A DNA stretch of 64,000 nucleotides from Deltaproteobacteria bacterium (GTDB lineage Bacteria > Myxococcota_A > UBA9160 > UBA4427): contig JAJDAO010000026.1 of assembly GCA_029261835.1 (NCBI GenBank), positions 260,666 to 324,665 of the forward strand. Direction: 5' to 3'. Of the stretch, positions 44,158-54,635 are shown one piece after another. Positions within the stretch are counted from its first letter, which is position 1; each line of letters opens with the position of its first letter. A model generated the notes under the pieces. That model was not told where the DNA came from and made no database searches. It worked only from the letters and a program-made list of their open reading frames with translations. Both the position numbers and the translations under genes were made by a program.

Positions 44158-45588
44158 TTGCCGCTAGCTTTCGACGCTATGTCCAAGCCCGTACTCGAGC
44201 GCCCCTGGCTCTTGCTGGCGATCGGCACAGTGATCGTTCTGGCGCTGCTCTCCACGATCGTCGAGGTGCAGTTTGGCCCGCCCGGGGACCCGCGGCCCAT
44301 CGGCAGCGCAGACGACATCGAGCGATTGCGCGAGCGCAGCGACCTCAACGTGTTGTTCGTTGTGATCGACACGCTCAGAGCGGATCGCCTCGGAAGCTAT
44401 GGGTACGAGCGCGACACCAGCCCCTATCTCGACGGCATCGCGCAGGCGGGCGTGCGCTTTTCCCGCCACCTCTCGCAGTGCTCGTGGACCAAAGCGTCGA
44501 TGGCCTCGCTGTGGACCGGGCTCTATCCGACGCGAAACGGGGTCACGCGCTTCGACCATATCGTGCCGCCCGAGGCCGAGCTGCCCGCCGAGATACTGAA
44601 GCAGGCGGGCTTCTACACCGTGGGGCTCTACCGCAATGGCTGGGTCTCGCCGAACTTCGGATTCGATCAGGGATTCGACGTCTACACGCGCCCGGCCGCA
44701 AGGCCCATGCGCCCCTCGGTACGCGTCGAGAACCCCACCGTCTCGATTCGCGGCACGGACGAGGACGTGATCGCGGCAGGGCTGGAGTTCCTGCGCATTC
44801 ACGGCCATGAACGCTGGTTCCTGTACATGCACTGGATGGATGTGCACGAGTACATCTACGATCAGGAATCGGCGCTCTTCGGCGGCACGTACTCGGACGT
44901 CTACGACAACTCGATCCGCTGGACCGACACCAACATCGGCGTGCTCCTGGAGCACTTGGCGACCGAGGGCTATGCGGAGAACACGCTGGTCATCGTGACA
45001 TCCGATCACGGTGAGGCATTCCTCGAGCGGGGCGTGGAGGGACACGCGCGCCGTGTGTTCCGCGAGTCGACGGAGGTTCCTTTCTTCCTGTCGTTCCCCT
45101 TCCGGCTGGAGTCCGGCGTCGTGGTCGAGACCCGCACGCGCAATGTCGATGTCTGGCCGACCGTGCTCGACCTGCTCGGCCTGTCAACGCAGGCCGGGAT
45201 CGATGGGCGCTCGGCGGTTCCCGAGATTCTGGCCAGTGCGCGCGGGCAGGAGGCGACCCGGCCCGAGCCGACCGCTGTGGCTCATCTGGACCAGAACTGG
45301 GGCCAGACGGGCCGCGAGCCCGAGCCCACCGTTGCCGTCGCGCAGGGCAGCTACCGCTACGTGCGTGCGGTGGAGCTGGGCCGCAGCCGTGAGCAACTCT
45401 TCGATGCTGCACGCGATCCGCGCGAACTCGAAGATCGATCCGAAGCGGAGCCCGAACTCGTCGAGCAGCTTCGCGAGATCGCGGATTCGTATCTGGCTGA
45501 GAAGCCGCCGTGGGGAGCCGCTCCCAAGAGAGAGCTCGGCGAGATGGAGCTGAACCAGCTGCGCGCCCTCGGCTACGCGCTCCCCTGA
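44158..45588 (+). CDS. sulfatase-like hydrolase/transferase (alkaline-phosphatase superfamily), membrane-anchored
   Basis: An N-terminal TM is present. The metal-site motif is NVLFVVIDTLRADRLGSYGY, and SDHGEAF occurs later. The expected C/S-x-P-x-R formylglycine motif is absent; the sequence there reads QCSWTKASMASLWTG. Confidence 0.8.
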   Translation: MPLAFDAMSKPVLERPWLLLAIGTVIVLALLSTIVEVQFGPPGDPRPIGSADDIERLRERSDLNVLFVVIDTLRADRLGSYGYERDTSPYLDGIAQAGVRFSRHLSQCSWTKASMASLWTGLYPTRNGVTRFDHIVPPEAELPAEILKQAGFYTVGLYRNGWVSPNFGFDQGFDVYTRPAARPMRPSVRVENPTVSIRGTDEDVIAAGLEFLRIHGHERWFLYMHWMDVHEYIYDQESALFGGTYSDVYDNSIRWTDTNIGVLLEHLATEGYAENTLVIVTSDHGEAFLERGVEGHARRVFRESTEVPFFLSFPFRLESGVVVETRTRNVDVWPTVLDLLGLSTQAGIDGRSAVPEILASARGQEATRPEPTAVAHLDQNWGQTGREPEPTVAVAQGSYRYVRAVELGRSREQLFDAARDPRELEDRSEAEPELVEQLREIADSYLAEKPPWGAAPKRELGEMELNQLRALGYALP

Positions 45589-45598
45589 TCCGTCACGC

Positions 45599-48265
45599 TC
45601 AGAAAGAGATCATGACCGTCATCCCGTAGGTTCGGGGGTCTCCGAGGAAGTGGATGGTGGTCCGGTTGAACGTGGAAGCGTCGAAGGAGAAGGTCCGATA
45701 CACCTTGTCGCTGATGTTTCGCACCCAGCCGGTGATCTCGATATCGGTGTTTCGCGGTCGGAAGACGGCAGTGATGTTGTGGAGCCAGAAGGCGGGCTGT
45801 CCGATCGTGTTCGGCGGCATGAAGAGCTGCTTCTCATCATTCGGCAGGCCGCGCCCCGCCGACGCATCGAAGAAAGTGTCGTCCGTCCAGACGCCATCGT
45901 ATCTGGCCGTGAACTCGCCCCAGCGTCCCATCTGAAAGGTCTGCTCGCCCGTGAGGCTGACCTTGAGCTGCGGCGAGTTCAGCAGCGGGTTCCCGGTGTG
46001 GTCGATGGCGTTGTTGGTGACGAGGAAGCCGGCCCCGAAGTTCTTCTGGGTAACCTGGTTTTCGACAAAATCGAGGAATTGGCTCTCGAGCCAGCTCATG
46101 CGAGCCCTGACGAGTGCCCCCTCCCACGGCCTTCCGCCCAGGTCGATCTCCGACCCGTAGACCTCCACGTCGCTGGCGTTGATCACGACGAACTCGGGCT
46201 GGGAGCTGAAGTCCTGCTGGACGGTGAAGAGCTGGTAGTTCTGGTAGGCATAGTGGAAGAACGACAGATCGAGGTCCAGCCTGCCGTCGAACCAGCTCCC
46301 CCGTAGGTTCATTTCGAAGGCGTCGTTCTTCTCGGGCCCCGCCGAGGAAAGGCCCGAGCGAATCGAGCTCGTGGCGTTGAAGTGCCCCGCCTTCCAGCCG
46401 CGGGTGTACTTCCAAGAGACGTGCGTGTCCTCTCGGAAGCGATATGTCAGGCGGATGACGCCCGTCGGGGCGCTCCAGGTCTTCTCGGCAAGTTCGAAGA
46501 TGGGAGGCCCACCCTGCCCCGTGCGGAGCTCGTAGTCCACCCCTTTGCGCTCCCAGTTGTACCGCACGCCCCCATCCAGGGTGAAATCGCTCCAGAAATC
46601 CCAGCTCGCCGAGGCGTAGCCGCCGACGCTGTAGGTCTCCTGCGTGTACTCCCGCCTGCCGACCCCCAGCACCGCCGCCGTCAAGTTGAAGTTGTTCTCG
46701 ATTTCCACGTGGAGGTCTTCGGTCAGGAAGATGCCGCCGACTTCCCAATGCACCGGGGCCACTTCGACGAAGTCCCCGGACAGCTCGAGGATCTGGCTGA
46801 ACTGCCAGCCCTCGTCCTTCGCCACGATCTCGAAGAGCACGTTGGGAGAGAAGTCCAGATCGCGGTCGACCAAACGGTCGTAGCCGTAGTAGCCGGTGGT
46901 CGTCTTCAGGAGGAGCCCCTCCGGAAGGCTGATCTCACCTCGCAGCGACGTGCCCCAAGTGTCGTTCTTCAGGGGTCCAACGCGGTTGTAGCTGCCAGAA
47001 CGCGGGTCGATATCGAGATCTGACGCCAGCTCGTTCATGACCTGGATATTCGCCATGTCGACCGCCAAGGCTTCTGCGGCATTCTCGTTCATCCCGGCTG
47101 CGAGCAGAGGCGCCTTTGCGGCCACCCTGGCGCGCTCCCTCATCTCTTTCACGGCGAACGAAATGTACTTCCCGCTATCTCGCCCGCCGAGCGTCCCGAC
47201 GACGGTGGATCCGTCCGGTCCCGTATGCGGGCCCGTCGTCCCATACGCCAGGCCGAGACGACTCAGCTGGTCTCGGCGCGAGCCGTACACGCCGAGCAAC
47301 CAGTATTGGTCCAGAGTTGGCTGGAAGCTGATGTTCGTGCGAGCGGCCCAGTTCCAGGTGTCGTTCACCATCGACGGTAGTCCCACTGGGATAGGCGAGA
47401 TTCCGTCGAAGGACGCGCTCCTTCGCGGTACATCTTCGCCACAGAGCGACCATTCGGGATCCGTTCCCGGGCGCTGGCCGTTCGGCCGAAGCCCGCGTTC
47501 GGAGCGGGGGATCGCATCGCCGCAAAAATTCTTCTGGAAGCCGTCGCGCGATTGGAAGCGGAACGCGACACGCGCCGCCACGATATCCTCGAAGATCGGT
47601 GCCTCTACCGCGCCTTCGTAGTCCCGCGACGCGAAGTTCCCGAAAGAGGCCCGCAGGTAGCCGCCGTAGTCGCCCGTCGGGCGGCGTGAGTACATCTTGA
47701 TCACGCCCGCGGAGGCGTTTCGGTAAGCCCCGATCCCCTGGGGCCCGCGCAGCACGTTGACGGCTTCCATGTCGAAGAACGTCGGGAGCTGCAGCGCCTG
47801 TGCGCTGAGGGGGACATCGTCGAAGTAGAGCGCGATGGCGCTCGCCGAGTTGGCATTGAAGTCGTTGAGACCAACGCCGCGTATGAAGAACGTCGGCGTT
47901 GTCGAGCCCGTCGTCCGGACCTCGAGGTTGGGGGTGAACTGGCCGATATCGGCTACGCTCACCGCCCCTAGGGCTGCGAGGTCGTCGGAGTCGAAGCCCG
48001 CCACCGAGTCACCGGAGGCGAAATCGTCGGCGGTCTCGGATTCGCCCGCGAGGATGACCCTCTCTTCGATGCCCTCCTCGGCGGTGGTCCACTCCTCACT
48101 GGGCTCCTCGTCTTGTTGGGGTGTCGCAGTGTCGGCGGTCGCCGTCGCGGCCTGCGACTCCTCCAGAGCCTCGCCGCGGGCCGAATCCTGCGCCGACACG
48201 GGGCCCGTGTAGATCGATTGAAGCGCCAGAGCGAGGACGACCAGAAACGGCCCGCGGATCAGCAT
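45599..48265 (-). CDS. TonB-dependent outer-membrane receptor
   Basis: It has a signal peptide, a plug domain (FIRGVGLNDFNANSASAIALYFDDVP...NVLRGPQG), a long beta-barrel and a terminal aromatic residue (TVMISF). Confidence 0.9.
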   Translation of the reverse strand: MLIRGPFLVVLALALQSIYTGPVSAQDSARGEALEESQAATATADTATPQQDEEPSEEWTTAEEGIEERVILAGESETADDFASGDSVAGFDSDDLAALGAVSVADIGQFTPNLEVRTTGSTTPTFFIRGVGLNDFNANSASAIALYFDDVPLSAQALQLPTFFDMEAVNVLRGPQGIGAYRNASAGVIKMYSRRPTGDYGGYLRASFGNFASRDYEGAVEAPIFEDIVAARVAFRFQSRDGFQKNFCGDAIPRSERGLRPNGQRPGTDPEWSLCGEDVPRRSASFDGISPIPVGLPSMVNDTWNWAARTNISFQPTLDQYWLLGVYGSRRDQLSRLGLAYGTTGPHTGPDGSTVVGTLGGRDSGKYISFAVKEMRERARVAAKAPLLAAGMNENAAEALAVDMANIQVMNELASDLDIDPRSGSYNRVGPLKNDTWGTSLRGEISLPEGLLLKTTTGYYGYDRLVDRDLDFSPNVLFEIVAKDEGWQFSQILELSGDFVEVAPVHWEVGGIFLTEDLHVEIENNFNLTAAVLGVGRREYTQETYSVGGYASASWDFWSDFTLDGGVRYNWERKGVDYELRTGQGGPPIFELAEKTWSAPTGVIRLTYRFREDTHVSWKYTRGWKAGHFNATSSIRSGLSSAGPEKNDAFEMNLRGSWFDGRLDLDLSFFHYAYQNYQLFTVQQDFSSQPEFVVINASDVEVYGSEIDLGGRPWEGALVRARMSWLESQFLDFVENQVTQKNFGAGFLVTNNAIDHTGNPLLNSPQLKVSLTGEQTFQMGRWGEFTARYDGVWTDDTFFDASAGRGLPNDEKQLFMPPNTIGQPAFWLHNITAVFRPRNTDIEITGWVRNISDKVYRTFSFDASTFNRTTIHFLGDPRTYGMTVMISF

Positions 48266-48375
48266 TGGGGTTGGTCGACCTCTTTCTGTTCTCTGTCTTG
48301 ACGGCTTGATCGCTCGATCGTTCTCGTGTCGGGGTGTGCGATATGTAAGCCTTGATGCAATAATCCTACGCGTCC

Positions 48376-49398
48376 ATGTGGTCTAAGGTCAAGAGACGAG
48401 GAGTGCTCGGGACAATGCTGGTCGCATTGGCGGTCCCCGCTGTACTCACCGCACCTCTTACCTCAGCCGCGGATCCAGCGGCCACGACAGAGCCCGGATG
48501 GCAGCTCGGGCTGTCATTGACCTCCGGGGTCACGACCAACGAACAGGTGGGAAGCTTCGAGAGCTACGTCGAGGGCAGCGATCCGCGTGAGGAGGTCAAC
48601 GCGGCCGGCAAGGGCAGCGAGAGCGCGATAGCGCCATTCGCCGGCGCGAGCTTGGAGCTCCGGTCGCCCGCGATCACGCTGTTTCCCGGAAGCCCACGCG
48701 TGTTCGCGGCCGTAGAGGTCCTGCCGACCTTCACCGGCCCACGGCGTCTCGCCAGTCAGGGCGATCCAGGCGAGTTCGCATTTCCCGACGGCAACTTCGT
48801 CAAGGACCTGTCCGATGCGGACCGCAGGGCCGGCTTGCAGAGGATTCCGGTGGAAACACTCATGGGGCGCGGGGACGAGATCACCGCCTCGGTGATGACC
48901 GTCGCGTGGGCGGCCGGAATCGGGGCCGCGTTTCCCCTCGAGGCATGGGGACGGAGGCTCTCGCTGCGACCCTACGCGGGCTGGATTCGATACGGCGTCC
49001 TGATCGAGGGGGTAGTGCGCCGTCCATTCAAGACCGATGTCGGCGACGGTCAATCCCCCTTCGGCCAGGAGTACCGCGCGGTCGTGCTCTCCCGACGCGA
49101 GGTGTTGTTCTTCAACGGCTTGGGGCCCGGCTTCGAGCTCGAGATGGAGGTGGGTCGCTGGGGCGCTTTCCAGCCGTCCATCTTCGTGGGTGGAGCCGCT
49201 TACCGCGTGCTTGGCAACAGGAGGCTCGAGGTCTCTGCGGCAAAGAGCTACCCCGAGCTGTTCGAACCCTTCCCTGCGATAAGGGGCGGCGACGTTCTTC
49301 TGCCGGCCGTCAGGAATACGGCAACTTGGTCGATTGACATCGCTCCGTGGCTGTACCGGGCCGGCGTCGGTCTGCGGGTACGGTGGCCCGGGAAGTAG
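48376..49398 (+). CDS. exported protein, possibly outer-membrane beta-barrel, unknown function
   Basis: A signal peptide (LVALAVPAVLTAPLTSAA) is followed by alternating hydrophobic beta-like segments. It is divergent from the TBDR gene. Confidence 0.5.
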   Translation: MWSKVKRRGVLGTMLVALAVPAVLTAPLTSAADPAATTEPGWQLGLSLTSGVTTNEQVGSFESYVEGSDPREEVNAAGKGSESAIAPFAGASLELRSPAITLFPGSPRVFAAVEVLPTFTGPRRLASQGDPGEFAFPDGNFVKDLSDADRRAGLQRIPVETLMGRGDEITASVMTVAWAAGIGAAFPLEAWGRRLSLRPYAGWIRYGVLIEGVVRRPFKTDVGDGQSPFGQEYRAVVLSRREVLFFNGLGPGFELEMEVGRWGAFQPSIFVGGAAYRVLGNRRLEVSAAKSYPELFEPFPAIRGGDVLLPAVRNTATWSIDIAPWLYRAGVGLRVRWPGK

Positions 49399-49442
49399 CC
49401 CGCCCCAGCGAGAGGGGCCGTTTGGTCGGTCGTGTCGCCGGG

Positions 49443-51608
49443 ATGCTGCCGGCGCCGCTCGTCCACGCAGCCGCGTTGGCGACCGTGGCGCTGCTGCTCG
49501 TCTCGGCGGGGCAGCCCATCTTCACCGACGATACGTGGTGGCACCTCGCGATGGGCGAAGCGTATCTCACGCAGGGCCCGTGGCTATCTTCCGACCCCAT
49601 GCTCCACACCGCGACGGGACCGGCGGCGCCGGCCGCCTGGCTGTCCGACGTGACGTTCTACGGTGTTGAGCGCGCCCTTGGCTTTCAGGGGCTGCGTCTG
49701 CTCCACGTGATGCTCGTGGCGGGGATCCTGGGCCTCGCCTGGTCGCTGCTGCGCCGCAGCGGTGGCTCTCGCGCCTTCGCGAGCCTGGCAGTGGCGCTCT
49801 TTAGCGTCCTGTCCGCCTATCGCCTCTTCCAGCTGCGCCCCCACCTGCTGAGCGTGCTCGCGGGTCTTCTCCTCGTACGGCTCCTGATCGTGGACCGCGA
49901 CCCGCCGTCCTGGTCGAGGGTGGCGGCTTCGGCGGTGCTGCTCGGCCTCTGGGCGAATCTTCACGGTGGCTTCCTGCTCGGTTTCGTCTTGCTGGCGGCC
50001 GCCGTCGCGGGCCTTCTGCTCGACGGCATTCTGGCTGCCGAGTGGGGTCAGCGAGACCGCTTGCGGGTGCGCCGCATCGCGTGGGCGCTCGCCTTGGGTC
50101 TCCTCGCCAGCCTCGCGAATCCTTCCGGAGCCGGGCAGCATCTGCTCTACTTCGCGGCCGGAAGCGCGACACCCGAACTCGCTGTCGTGGCCGACGAGTG
50201 GGCGATCGTCAATCTCTTTCAGCTCCCGGTCCCCAATCTGCCCCCGAGCCCGCTTGCCTGGGCCGTCGTCTGGAGTCTGCTTCTGTTGACACTCATGAGT
50301 GTCTTTCTCGGGCTCCGTGCGCGAGCCCGTGCGCCCGATGCCCACTCGGCTGCTGGCATCGATCCGGCGCTGCTCGCGCTGGCGGCCGTCTCTCTACTGG
50401 CGCTTCTCTCCGCCATTCGGCTGCTGTGGCTGGGGATCGTGCCATTGCTCCTGATTGGTCATGTCGCACGCGCTCAGGGCCTCTTCGAGGGCAGACCCGC
50501 TCGCGTCTTCTCCTGGGCCGCTGCGGCGACGGCAGTGGCGCTCGTGCCCGGCTTCATTGCGCTGGGACCCTGGCCCATGATCTCGCGGGCGATTCACCCA
50601 TCTTGGTATGCGCGCCCCTACGCGGCCGCCAAGTACCACGCCCACGCGGTCTGGTTCCTGCGTGACGCCGAAGTCGAAGGCAGGCTCTTCAACGACTACT
50701 CGGACGGGAACTTCCTGGGATACTGGCTCGCCCCCCGGCTCAAGGCCTTTGTCAATGGCTCGCTTAATGTGCCTAGAGAAGTCATGGATGCGAGATACGC
50801 GATCGTTCGCCGCGAGGGATCGCGACCCGGGGAGAGCTTCGGCGCGTTGCTGGACCGCCATCAGATCGACGCGTTCTTCGGCACGGGTGTGCCCGCTGTG
50901 CCCCGCCCCGGCCGTCCCGTTCTTCACACCACGCTGCATCTCGAGGCGGAGCCGGGCTGGATTCTCGTGTTCCGCAGCATGGAGAGCGCCGTCTACCTAC
51001 GTTCCGCGGAACGCAATCGAAGCAACCTGCAGCGAATCACGGGATACTACGCACGGCAGGGCGTGCCCTTCGACCCCGAGCTGGGTTTCGACGCCGAGCG
51101 CGTGATCCGCGAAGCATCGGATTGGGCAGTGACTCACGGTCTGCTTCCGGTCGACTACCGCCATCTGCGTCGGCAGGCGCGCGCGCTCGACCCCTCGCGT
51201 CGACCCGCGGCGCGAGACAGGCTCGCTTCGCTCTATGCCGTGATCGGACTGCATGAACGAACAACTGCGGTCGACCGCAAGTCGCTCCTCTCGGCCGCAA
51301 ACACCAGGCCGGGCAGCGCTGCTGGTCCCGAACCGGGCACGCTGCTGGCCGCCCGCCGACTCGTCTGGTCGCTTCTCCATCTCGCTCGCTTTGACGAAAG
51401 CCTCGAGGCCGCCGAGCGGCTCGAAGCCCTGGCTTCCCGAGAGGACGGCCTCTCGGCGCTCCTGGTCGACGCAGCGCGTCGCGTCCCGGCACTTTCCGAA
51501 GAAGAGGCCGCCACTCTCGTGGCGGTGCTTCCCGTCTTCAGTCAGCCACAGGGGATGCGAGTCCTCGCTGGCTTCCAGGAGCCGGTCGCGCGCGAGCGGC
51601 GACAATGA
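49443..51608 (+). CDS. polytopic membrane protein, GT-C-like candidate glycosyltransferase with a soluble C-terminal domain
   Basis: About 11-12 predicted TM helices occupy the first 400 aa. An acidic first-loop motif (IFTDDTWWHLAMGE) is present. The C-terminal 300 aa are helix-rich. The start is chosen at MLPAPLV. Confidence 0.5.
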   Translation: MLPAPLVHAAALATVALLLVSAGQPIFTDDTWWHLAMGEAYLTQGPWLSSDPMLHTATGPAAPAAWLSDVTFYGVERALGFQGLRLLHVMLVAGILGLAWSLLRRSGGSRAFASLAVALFSVLSAYRLFQLRPHLLSVLAGLLLVRLLIVDRDPPSWSRVAASAVLLGLWANLHGGFLLGFVLLAAAVAGLLLDGILAAEWGQRDRLRVRRIAWALALGLLASLANPSGAGQHLLYFAAGSATPELAVVADEWAIVNLFQLPVPNLPPSPLAWAVVWSLLLLTLMSVFLGLRARARAPDAHSAAGIDPALLALAAVSLLALLSAIRLLWLGIVPLLLIGHVARAQGLFEGRPARVFSWAAAATAVALVPGFIALGPWPMISRAIHPSWYARPYAAAKYHAHAVWFLRDAEVEGRLFNDYSDGNFLGYWLAPRLKAFVNGSLNVPREVMDARYAIVRREGSRPGESFGALLDRHQIDAFFGTGVPAVPRPGRPVLHTTLHLEAEPGWILVFRSMESAVYLRSAERNRSNLQRITGYYARQGVPFDPELGFDAERVIREASDWAVTHGLLPVDYRHLRRQARALDPSRRPAARDRLASLYAVIGLHERTTAVDRKSLLSAANTRPGSAAGPEPGTLLAARRLVWSLLHLARFDESLEAAERLEALASREDGLSALLVDAARRVPALSEEEAATLVAVLPVFSQPQGMRVLAGFQEPVARERRQ

Positions 51609-51785
51609 GGGTCGACCGGCGCCGTGATTCGTGCGATAAGTCGATACGCGTTACTGAGTCTCAGTGCCACATCGTGCCGGCGCCCCGGATACGCGGACAT
51701 CCACCGCCGCCAGGGGCCGGACTGCCACCGTCGTGACCGCCGGGTTTGCGGTCGGAGAAAACCTGCGGGTCTAGGAGCGAGTCTC

Positions 51786-52607
51786 ATGAGAACGTCAAGC
51801 GGTTGGGTCGTAGCGGCAGCCAGTGCGAGTTTTGTCTGGCTCTGCGCGACTGGGAGTGTTTTTGCCCAGGAGGCGCAGGAGCAAGTGCCGCCGCCGCCCG
51901 GGGTGTTGGGCGACCTGATCGGCGTGCGCTCAGAGGGAAACGATGCGGCGGCCGAGGCACAGCGAAAGGTCGACGCCATCAGCGACGAAACCGCCGGGCT
52001 GCTCGACCAGTTCCGCACGACGCTGAAGCAGATCGATGCGATCGACGTCTACAACAGGCAGATGACGGAGCTGTTGGCAGCGCAGAACGTCGAGATGGTA
52101 GAGCTTCGCGGCCAGGTCTCACGCGTGCAAGAGGTGGGGCGCAGCGTGACGCCCCTGATGCTGCGCATGATCGAGGCAGTCGACAAATTCGTTCAGCTCG
52201 ACACGCCCTTCCTGATCCGGGAGCGCACGGCGCGCGTCGCCGAGCTTCACGCCATGATGGGACGCGCGGACGTGACGACTTCAGCGAAGTTTCGCCAGAT
52301 CATGGAGGCCTACCAGATCGAGAATGAGTACGGGCGAACGATCGAGGCATACCGCGACTCGCTCAAGATCGGCGATCGGGAGTCGACCGTCGACTTCCTC
52401 CGCTTCGGCCGCATCGCTCTGGTGTATCAGTCGATCGACGAATCGGAGGCGGGTGTGTGGAGCCAGGAGACACGATCGTGGGTTCCGCTCGACTCGAGCT
52501 ACCGGTCGGCGCTCCGCGAAGGTCTGCGGATCGCTCGCAAGCAGGCGGCACCAGATCTGATCCGACTGCCGCTGCCGGCGGCGGTGGACGCGCGAGGGTC
52601 GAGCTGA
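51786..52607 (+). CDS. DUF3450-family protein (TtpB-like TonB2-system component)
   Basis: A signal peptide and a coiled coil are followed by TPFLIRERTARV..., FRQIMEAYQIENEYGRTIEAY and DFLRFGRIALVYQS, the pattern I associate with DUF3450. It lies directly upstream of a long MotA/TolQ/ExbB protein. Confidence 0.75.
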   Translation: MRTSSGWVVAAASASFVWLCATGSVFAQEAQEQVPPPPGVLGDLIGVRSEGNDAAAEAQRKVDAISDETAGLLDQFRTTLKQIDAIDVYNRQMTELLAAQNVEMVELRGQVSRVQEVGRSVTPLMLRMIEAVDKFVQLDTPFLIRERTARVAELHAMMGRADVTTSAKFRQIMEAYQIENEYGRTIEAYRDSLKIGDRESTVDFLRFGRIALVYQSIDESEAGVWSQETRSWVPLDSSYRSALREGLRIARKQAAPDLIRLPLPAAVDARGSS

Positions 52608-54016
52608 TGAGAAAGCTGCTATCGAGCGCGTTTCTAATCTGCCTCGCGTGTCTGATCGCTTTGGTTGCACACGCCGAGAGCGCTCCTCCCCGTACTGGCG
52701 AGCCGACATCGCTCTTCGAGCTTCTCGACCTCGTCAGGGGTGGCCTGCAGGTGGAGAGCGAGGAGAATCGCCTGCGCGAGCAGGAGTTTCTCGCTGCCCG
52801 CGAAAACCAGACCCGCCTGCTCGCCGAGGCGAAGGCCGCGCTCGCGGAGAAGGAGGCGCTCAGCCAGCGCCTGGAGCAGGAATACGCCGACAACGAGAAC
52901 ACCCTCGCCGAGCAGGAGGAGAGACTCGCCGAAGGCCTGGGGCAGATGGGAGAACTCTTCGGTGTCGTGCGGCAGGTGGCGACGGATACCAGTGGTCAGG
53001 TCTGGGACTCGCTCACCAGCTCGCAGCTCGAACCTCGCAAGGATCTGCTCGACCGCCTCGGGCGCAGCAAAGAGCTTCCCTCCACCGAAGACCTCGAGGA
53101 GCTTTGGTTCGAGCTGCAGCGCGAGATGACCCAGCAGGGTCAGGTCGTGCGCTACCGGGCCGAGGTGTTGACCATCGAGGGCCAGGTCGAAGAGCGCGAG
53201 GTCATTCGCGCGGGTCCCTTCAGCGCGTTGTCGCGTGGCCGCTATCTGGTTTGGGCACCCGCGCAGGAGAAGCTGATCGAGCTGACTCGGCAACCCCCTT
53301 CGCGTTACCTCGACACAGTGGCGACGTTCGAGAACACGAAGACTGGTTTCGGCCCGCTGGCGGTCGACCCATCACGCGGATCGCTGCTGGGCGCGTTGAC
53401 GCAGACACCGAATTTCCAGGAGCGCATCCAGCAGGGCGGTTATGTGGGCTACGTGATCATCGGCCTGGGGATCTTCGCATTTGCGCTCGGGATCATTCGC
53501 TGGGTGGCGGTTGCGTGGACGAGCCGAAAGGTCGCGGTGCAGCGAAAGCGCGATCGCGCTCACGCGGGAAACCCGCTGGGCCGCGTGCTCGCCATCTATG
53601 ACGACAATCGAGAGCTGGATTCCGAGACGCTCGAGCTCAAGCTCGACGAGGCCGTGTTGCGCGAGACGTCCAAGCTCGAACGCTTCCTCTGGGTGGTGAA
53701 GACGGTCTCCGTGGTGGCGCCTCTGCTCGGCCTACTGGGCACTGTGACCGGTATGATCCAGACCTTCCAGGCCATCACTCTCTTCGGGGCGGGAGATCCG
53801 AAGATGATGGCGGGCGGCATCTCGGAGGCGCTGGTCACGACCATGCTGGGCCTGACCACGGCGATTCCGCTGGTGCTTCTCTACGACACGCTCGCCAACG
53901 GCACGCGGCGCATCATCGACGTACTGAACGAGCAGAGCGCGGGGTTGATCGCATCCCGGGCCGAGATGGAGCCGGCCGGGACGGAGTCGAATCGCTCGAG
54001 GGGTGGCCGTGCCTGA
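52607..54016 (+). CDS. long MotA/TolQ/ExbB-family proton-channel protein (TtpC-like)
   Basis: The 469-aa product has a periplasmic coiled-coil N-domain. The MotA_ExbB core reads APLLGLLGTVTGMIQTFQAI...GGISEALVTTMLGLTTAIP. Its ATG overlaps the upstream stop (TGATG). Confidence 0.85.
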   Translation: MRKLLSSAFLICLACLIALVAHAESAPPRTGEPTSLFELLDLVRGGLQVESEENRLREQEFLAARENQTRLLAEAKAALAEKEALSQRLEQEYADNENTLAEQEERLAEGLGQMGELFGVVRQVATDTSGQVWDSLTSSQLEPRKDLLDRLGRSKELPSTEDLEELWFELQREMTQQGQVVRYRAEVLTIEGQVEEREVIRAGPFSALSRGRYLVWAPAQEKLIELTRQPPSRYLDTVATFENTKTGFGPLAVDPSRGSLLGALTQTPNFQERIQQGGYVGYVIIGLGIFAFALGIIRWVAVAWTSRKVAVQRKRDRAHAGNPLGRVLAIYDDNRELDSETLELKLDEAVLRETSKLERFLWVVKTVSVVAPLLGLLGTVTGMIQTFQAITLFGAGDPKMMAGGISEALVTTMLGLTTAIPLVLLYDTLANGTRRIIDVLNEQSAGLIASRAEMEPAGTESNRSRGGRA

Positions 54017-54536
54017 TCTGGAAGTGATCGCCGTGGTTCGGGACTTCGTGGAGCGGGGCGGCAATGTCCTGCTGGTGATCGCGTTCGTCACCGCCGTGAT
54101 GTGGACGCTGATCTACGAGCGTTTCTGGTACTTCCGAACACAGCACAAGAAGCTTGCGAGCGAGATCCAGCAGACATGGCAGGCGCGGTCCGACCATTCC
54201 TCCTGGGAGGCGCATCAGATCAGGACGATGCTTGTATCGCAGGTGCGGCTCAGCCTCCAAAAGAGGCTGTGGCCCATCGAGACGCTCGTCACTCTCTGTC
54301 CCATGTTGGGGTTGCTGGGCACGGTGACCGGCATGATCGAAGTGTTCGACGTGATGGCGATCGCCGGCAGCGGCAATGCCCGGGGAATGGCGGCCGGCGT
54401 GTCGAAGGCCACGCTTCCCACCATGGCGGGCATGGTGGCGGCGCTCTCCGGCATGCTCTTCAGCATCCAGCTCAGACGCTATGCCCTCGACGAATCGGAT
54501 CGCGTCGAGGACAGCCTCGAAGTCAAGCACACGTAG
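54003..54536 (+). CDS. exbB: ExbB/TolQ-family proton-channel protein (short form)
   Basis: The 177-aa product carries CPMLGLLGTVTGMIEVFDVM...GVSKATLPTMAGMVAAL. It has a GTG start overlapping the upstream gene by 14 nt. Confidence 0.85.
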   Translation: MAVPDLEVIAVVRDFVERGGNVLLVIAFVTAVMWTLIYERFWYFRTQHKKLASEIQQTWQARSDHSSWEAHQIRTMLVSQVRLSLQKRLWPIETLVTLCPMLGLLGTVTGMIEVFDVMAIAGSGNARGMAAGVSKATLPTMAGMVAALSGMLFSIQLRRYALDESDRVEDSLEVKHT

Positions 54537-54635
54537 GTGAGATCGATGGGGTGTAGACGGGCGCACGAGCGACGAGGACGGTTTGTAATGCAAGCCAACA
54601 TGAGACTCGCAACGGATCCGGTGGCCTGAATCTCT

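Noticed and set aside
48353-48369. TGATGCAATAATCCTAC as a possible Fur box between the TBDR gene and its divergent neighbour
   Set aside because: It shows only partial similarity to the GATAATGATAATCATTATC consensus and has no dyad symmetry. This is too weak to call without a genome-specific matrix.
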